Source of the DNA: an uncultured Candidatus Saccharibacteria bacterium
GTDB lineage: Bacteria; Patescibacteriota; Doudnabacteria; UBA920; O2-02-FULL-48-8
NCBI GenBank assembly: GCA_964605735.1
Contig: CAZSDS010000001.1
Coordinates: forward strand, 480,126 to 544,125
Direction of reading: 5' to 3'
Length of the DNA: 64,000 nucleotides
A program made the translations under genes and the position numbers. Shown piece after piece: positions 63,354 through 64,000 of this stretch (within the stretch, counting starts at the first letter, position 1; each line of letters begins with the position of its first letter). The notes beneath the pieces are model-generated. The model was not told where the DNA came from, did not search any database, and saw only the letters and a program-made list of their open reading frames with translations.

Positions 63354-63391
63354 GGGGTAGCAAAAAGCCAAGCATTAGTCAACGCTTGGCT
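63354..63391 (-). promoter_or_regulatory. repeated palindromic promoter, copy C
   Basis: AGCCAAGCGTTGACTAATGCTTGGCT; weak -10. Confidence 0.6.
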
Positions 63392-63522
63392 GGAAGCAGA
63401 TATATGTCTAAAAATGTCCGAATTGGATGGCGAGCAGTTCGTCCAATGAGGACGTTGTGAGTTCCACGTCCGAATGGACGACTGCGAGCCTCTAATACAA
63501 GCATTTTTAGGCAAATTAAAAA

Positions 63523-63637
63523 CCCCGCACTGCCTACTTTCCCATCAGTCTTACACTGAAGTATCATGAGCGGTCTTGCGTTTCACTTCTGAGTTCGGGA
63601 TGGGATCAGGTGGTGCCACAAGCCTTGAAGCACGGGG
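63523..63637 (-). rRNA. rrf: 5S rRNA
   Basis: CACCTGATCCCATCCCGAACTCAGAAGTGAAAC and GGGAAAGTAGG; terminal CCCCG/CGGGG helix; about 115 nt. Confidence 0.92.
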
Positions 63638-63651
63638 AGATTAAACTAAAT

Positions 63652-63771
63652 TTATGTAGCCGGAAGCGTATTCGGTGTTAGTGCGAAAACCACAAAGGTC
63701 AGCGCTGCTAAGAACAACAGTACTCCAACTAGTTTGAATGACGGAGAATATTTCTGCATCAGCAATTCCAT
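63652..63771 (-). CDS. small single-TM peptide (39 aa)
   Basis: TATAAT and GAGG upstream; MELLMQKYSPSFKLVGVLLFLAALTFVVFAL. Confidence 0.45.
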   Translation of the reverse strand: MELLMQKYSPSFKLVGVLLFLAALTFVVFALTPNTLPAT

Positions 63772-64000
63772 TACTTTTCCTCATCAATTATAACTAATAT
63801 TCTGAAGATTAGCAACACGAAATACTGCCGTCGATTGGAAACCTAAACAAATTTTTGCCGGATATATGCTAGAAAATGGTGCCAATTGCTTAAGATCTCG
63901 AATTGGCGAAGAGATTGGACGGGAGTAATCAGATCGTTTGCCGCGATGAGAGCATGGCCTGCCATAATCGCAGTTCACAAACCTGACAACTCCCGGTGGT

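Noticed and set aside
63415-63492. Hammerhead ribozyme (GTCC...GGACGAA resembles stem II)
   Set aside because: The CTGANGA core is missing on both strands.

Overview
This is a bacterial chromosome segment that looks like a CPR/Patescibacteria genome (inferred from gene content: CPR-type sortase, dockerin-like and pilin genes, short pyruvate kinase, few SD-led core genes). Left part: a cobalamin riboswitch upstream of a transcobalamin-like (DUF4430) surface protein, dinB, glycosyltransferases, PBP1A, msrB, a sortase with an LPXTG substrate, rsgA, a TreT-like enzyme and a tasA-sipW-like locus. The main novelty is at 40.8-54.6 kb. A large serine recombinase reads into the 3' end of tRNA-Asn. Downstream of the tRNA are four more copies of the same junction (hairpin + TGGCTC + remnant of a recombinase C-terminus), which delimit a tandem, integron-like array of cargo units. 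The newest unit carries a three-nuclease operon and a terminase-small-subunit-like gene. A GIY-YIG gene with a duplicated tRNA half containing two 20-bp palindromic inserts sits just upstream of the tRNA. Right part: rpoD, dnaG, NUDIX, tRNA-Ser, pilin, pyk, and an array of small orphan genes built from repeated promoter/terminator modules next to a 5S rRNA gene with no 23S directly upstream. All calls come from reading motifs by eye; no database searches were run.
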